64,000 nt of DNA from Candidatus Latescibacterota bacterium (GTDB lineage: Bacteria > Latescibacterota > UBA2968 > GCA-2709665). The notes under the pieces are model-generated. The model worked only from the letters and a program-made list of their open reading frames with translations. It did no database searches and was not told where the DNA came from. Position 1 is the first letter of the stretch. Each line of letters starts with the position of its first letter. Positions 61,764-64,000 of this stretch are shown here, in pieces. The translations under genes and the position numbers were made by a program. The stretch spans positions 32,001 through 96,000 of the forward strand of contig CAXXXF010000017.1 in assembly GCA_963667175.2 (NCBI GenBank), read 5' to 3'.

Positions 61764-62246
61764 ATGAACGCCATCACGCGAACATATACAAGAACAGACA
61801 TACGTAGAGTCTTCGAGAACTTTAAAGCAGACCTGCAAATGCTTGCGGTAAGGACCCAAGCAATGGAATCAGACCATGCAGAAAGGTGTGCTGATGATGT
61901 CTGTATAATGGCCCAAGAAGAGTGTTTGAAGTGCGTCCATGTCCAATTGTATGACGCTGCCGGAAATCTCATTAAGGTCCATCGGTATTCCGTAAAAAAG
62001 GACATTATATCAGATGCGCAAAGGCCTGGTGGAAATAGATGGCCATGCTTACCGTCCGGGACACTATGCGTGATAGTAGAATACTCAGATAGGGACAAGG
62101 CGGAACAACTCAAAGTGTCAGGCAAGTTAGAGCTACCTTGGAGCCCGTCAGCCCTGTCGACCGACTACTCCAGAATGCGAAACGACGCCGGCAGACTCTA
62201 TTCCAGTAATACCTACGGATTACGCAGGGATACATTCGCGGTCTAA
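61764..62246 (+). CDS. Bacterial HORMA-domain protein (Cap7-like)
   Basis: T.TYT.TDIR.V..NF.ADL.M, PGG..WP, LPWSPS, YSSN.YG..R; lies between CD-NTase and AAA+ genes. Confidence 0.82.
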   Translation: MNAITRTYTRTDIRRVFENFKADLQMLAVRTQAMESDHAERCADDVCIMAQEECLKCVHVQLYDAAGNLIKVHRYSVKKDIISDAQRPGGNRWPCLPSGTLCVIVEYSDRDKAEQLKVSGKLELPWSPSALSTDYSRMRNDAGRLYSSNTYGLRRDTFAV

Positions 62247-62259
62247 ACGGGACAAGATA

Positions 62260-63162
62260 ATGACACAAGATACGTTTGACGCTGTACGAGAGTTGCCATC
62301 AGATGATCTGGATGATATCGCTGGAACGCTTGTTGGATTCAAGAGACGTTATGAAACATTGAAAAATCATCTAATGATATCGTTAATGCCAGATCAGATA
62401 GAGCAATGGAGCAAAAAGCACCATGGACGGATTATTCCCCTATGTGACGTTATTCGACATAGATATCCGGTTTTTCTTTTCAGTGGCGATGTTGGGACCG
62501 GAAAAACAGTAACGGCCGAATGTGCGGCAGACCGGTTGACAAGGGAAATGGGCAGAGAGGGTTTTTTGCTTAAGCTGAGCACACGCGTGAGAGGTAAGGG
62601 ACTACATGGAGAAATGAGTCAACTTATTCAGGACGCCTTTGAGAATCTGACAACTCAAGCGGGCAAAAAACGACTTTCGTTTCTGCTGATAGACGAGGCA
62701 GATTCAATTGCATCACTTCGGTCCACGGAACAGATGCACCAGGAAGAAAAGGCTGCTGTTAATACTCTGATACAGAAAATCGATGAGATTCGCCAGGTGG
62801 ACGGTCGGGCTGTTATATTTCTGTGCACCAACAGAGCAGATGTTATCGATCGAGCGGTTGTAAGGCGTGCTGCACTACACATGGAGTTTTCTCGACCAAC
62901 TGGAGACGAGAGTTTAGAACTGCTGACGCGTGATCTTCAAGGAATAGAATTGGCACCAGAAGAGCTATGCGAATTAGCGGCTCTAACCTCAATTGGAGGA
63001 TTGTATGAGGAAAACGGTTATTCGTTCTCCGATTTTCGGTTGCGCTTTTATCCAGAAGCGCTTTCTCAGGCCTTTCCGGACCGCGCACTGACTTTCAAAG
63101 TTCTGAAGGATACAGTGTCAATCATAAAACCAAGCCCCCGGATCGACAAAAATGCAAAATGA
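62260..63162 (+). CDS. TRIP13/Pch2-like AAA+ ATPase (Cap6-like)
   Basis: GDVGTGKT, VRG.G.HGEM, LIDEADS, HQEE.A.VN.LIQ, TNR..D.A..RRA. Confidence 0.88.
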   Translation: MTQDTFDAVRELPSDDLDDIAGTLVGFKRRYETLKNHLMISLMPDQIEQWSKKHHGRIIPLCDVIRHRYPVFLFSGDVGTGKTVTAECAADRLTREMGREGFLLKLSTRVRGKGLHGEMSQLIQDAFENLTTQAGKKRLSFLLIDEADSIASLRSTEQMHQEEKAAVNTLIQKIDEIRQVDGRAVIFLCTNRADVIDRAVVRRAALHMEFSRPTGDESLELLTRDLQGIELAPEELCELAALTSIGGLYEENGYSFSDFRLRFYPEALSQAFPDRALTFKVLKDTVSIIKPSPRIDKNAK

Positions 63163-63727
63163 CAGCATGAACTCAAGTCGGGATATTCTTAAGAAACTGA
63201 GAAACAAAGCGGAATTGTGCCGTTTCTGTCACGCAGCGCTGAAGGAACGATATAGCGGTTTCCGTAGCAGCAAAGAATTCAGCGTCGTGTTGTTATCCTT
63301 GATTTCTGCCGCATTAATCGGTTTCTACTATCGACGTGTTTGGACTGGCGAACTGATCTTGTCCCTAATTTTTCTGATACCACTCTTCACGGCCATTGTT
63401 CAAGCACTGGACAACACCGTATTCAAATGGACCGAGAAAGTGGCGCGGCACGAGTCAGCGGTAGCAATATGGGGAGATTGGATTAGAGAAGCTGACTTTC
63501 TTGAGAAGCGTATCGAGCTATATTCCATTGAAGTGATAAACGAAAAAATCCAGAATATACAGGACAAGTACATTGTTTGTATGGGTAATACAACGCAGAT
63601 ACCAAATGCAAAGTTTCTGCAATTCAAAAGAAAATTCAGAATACAGGTATTGAGTTCGAAGAAGATCGATGAGATGACATTGGAGGAATTAGAGTCTTAC
63701 AGTAAGACTTCAACGCAAAATGCTTAG
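63152..63727 (+). CDS. Putative CBASS 2TM effector (SLATT-like)
   Basis: Overlaps the AAA+ stop; two hydrophobic segments (FSVVLLSLISAALIGFYY; LILSLIFLIPLFTAIVQAL), then W.EK..RH..A and IP...F. Confidence 0.65.
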   Translation: MQNDSMNSSRDILKKLRNKAELCRFCHAALKERYSGFRSSKEFSVVLLSLISAALIGFYYRRVWTGELILSLIFLIPLFTAIVQALDNTVFKWTEKVARHESAVAIWGDWIREADFLEKRIELYSIEVINEKIQNIQDKYIVCMGNTTQIPNAKFLQFKRKFRIQVLSSKKIDEMTLEELESYSKTSTQNA

Positions 63728-64000
63728 AAGTTTGGTCACGCTGCTTGCATAGAGGTTGTCTTTCGCCACACCATCATCGTAATATTCTATGAGCTCTACG
63801 GGCGGGAAAAACGACCCATCCAAATCTAACTCCGCAGATTTGCAATTGCTTCGTCAATGGAATACGAAGGGCCGGTGCTTGGCTTATGTTCCCGATCCAA
63901 GATTAACAGGTTCCAACTTACCTCTCGAAGGAGTGCACTGCATATCCGTGCGTTCTTATCCACGATCCTGAATTTTTCGTATGTGTTGGCGTCGAGTTTA
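63710..64000 (-). CDS. Partial convergent hypothetical gene, possible frameshift near 63840
   Basis: ..ARICSALLREVSWNLLILDREH..YSIDEAIA continues as (K)SAELDLDGSFFPPVELIEYY..ILR* if one A is added. Confidence 0.3.

Overview
GC-rich bacterial chromosome segment. The dockerin-like DFDGDG domain, DUF6785-like membrane protein and heparinase-type protein suggest a Latescibacterota/Gemmatimonadota-like lineage (inference). 1-47.2 kb is mostly core and metabolic: a heme-c/copper-monooxygenase-like secreted protein, NTP transferase, amidohydrolase pair, queE, thrS-infC-rpmI-rplT, zapB-like/zapA/(6S?)/rny/ymdB/xseAB/nadK/recN, futalosine genes mqnE-mqnC-mqnA, tRNA-Leu(CAG), an ECF sigma, a relocated archaeal-type pheST under a Phe T-box, an RND transporter and a form II coxSLMG operon. 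From ~47.2 kb there is a progressively AT-richer defence island: hicBA, type I RM (hsdR plus fused hsdM-S), an OLD-like ATPase-Toprim gene split by an IS3-family element, and a CapH/CapP-regulated type III CBASS (CD-NTase, HORMA, TRIP13, 2TM effector). The most unusual signal is a ~30-bp repeat (CATGGATGGACAGGATGAACAGGATAAAA) marking gene boundaries of the RM operon. One copy is precisely invaded by an ORF-less group II intron whose EBS1 is complementary to the repeat. Another copy, inside hsdM-S, carries an in-frame 33-bp palindromic mini-element that also occurs at 10.5 kb. Several single-base homopolymer frameshifts suggest long-read consensus errors. All calls come from reading motifs by eye; no database searches were run.
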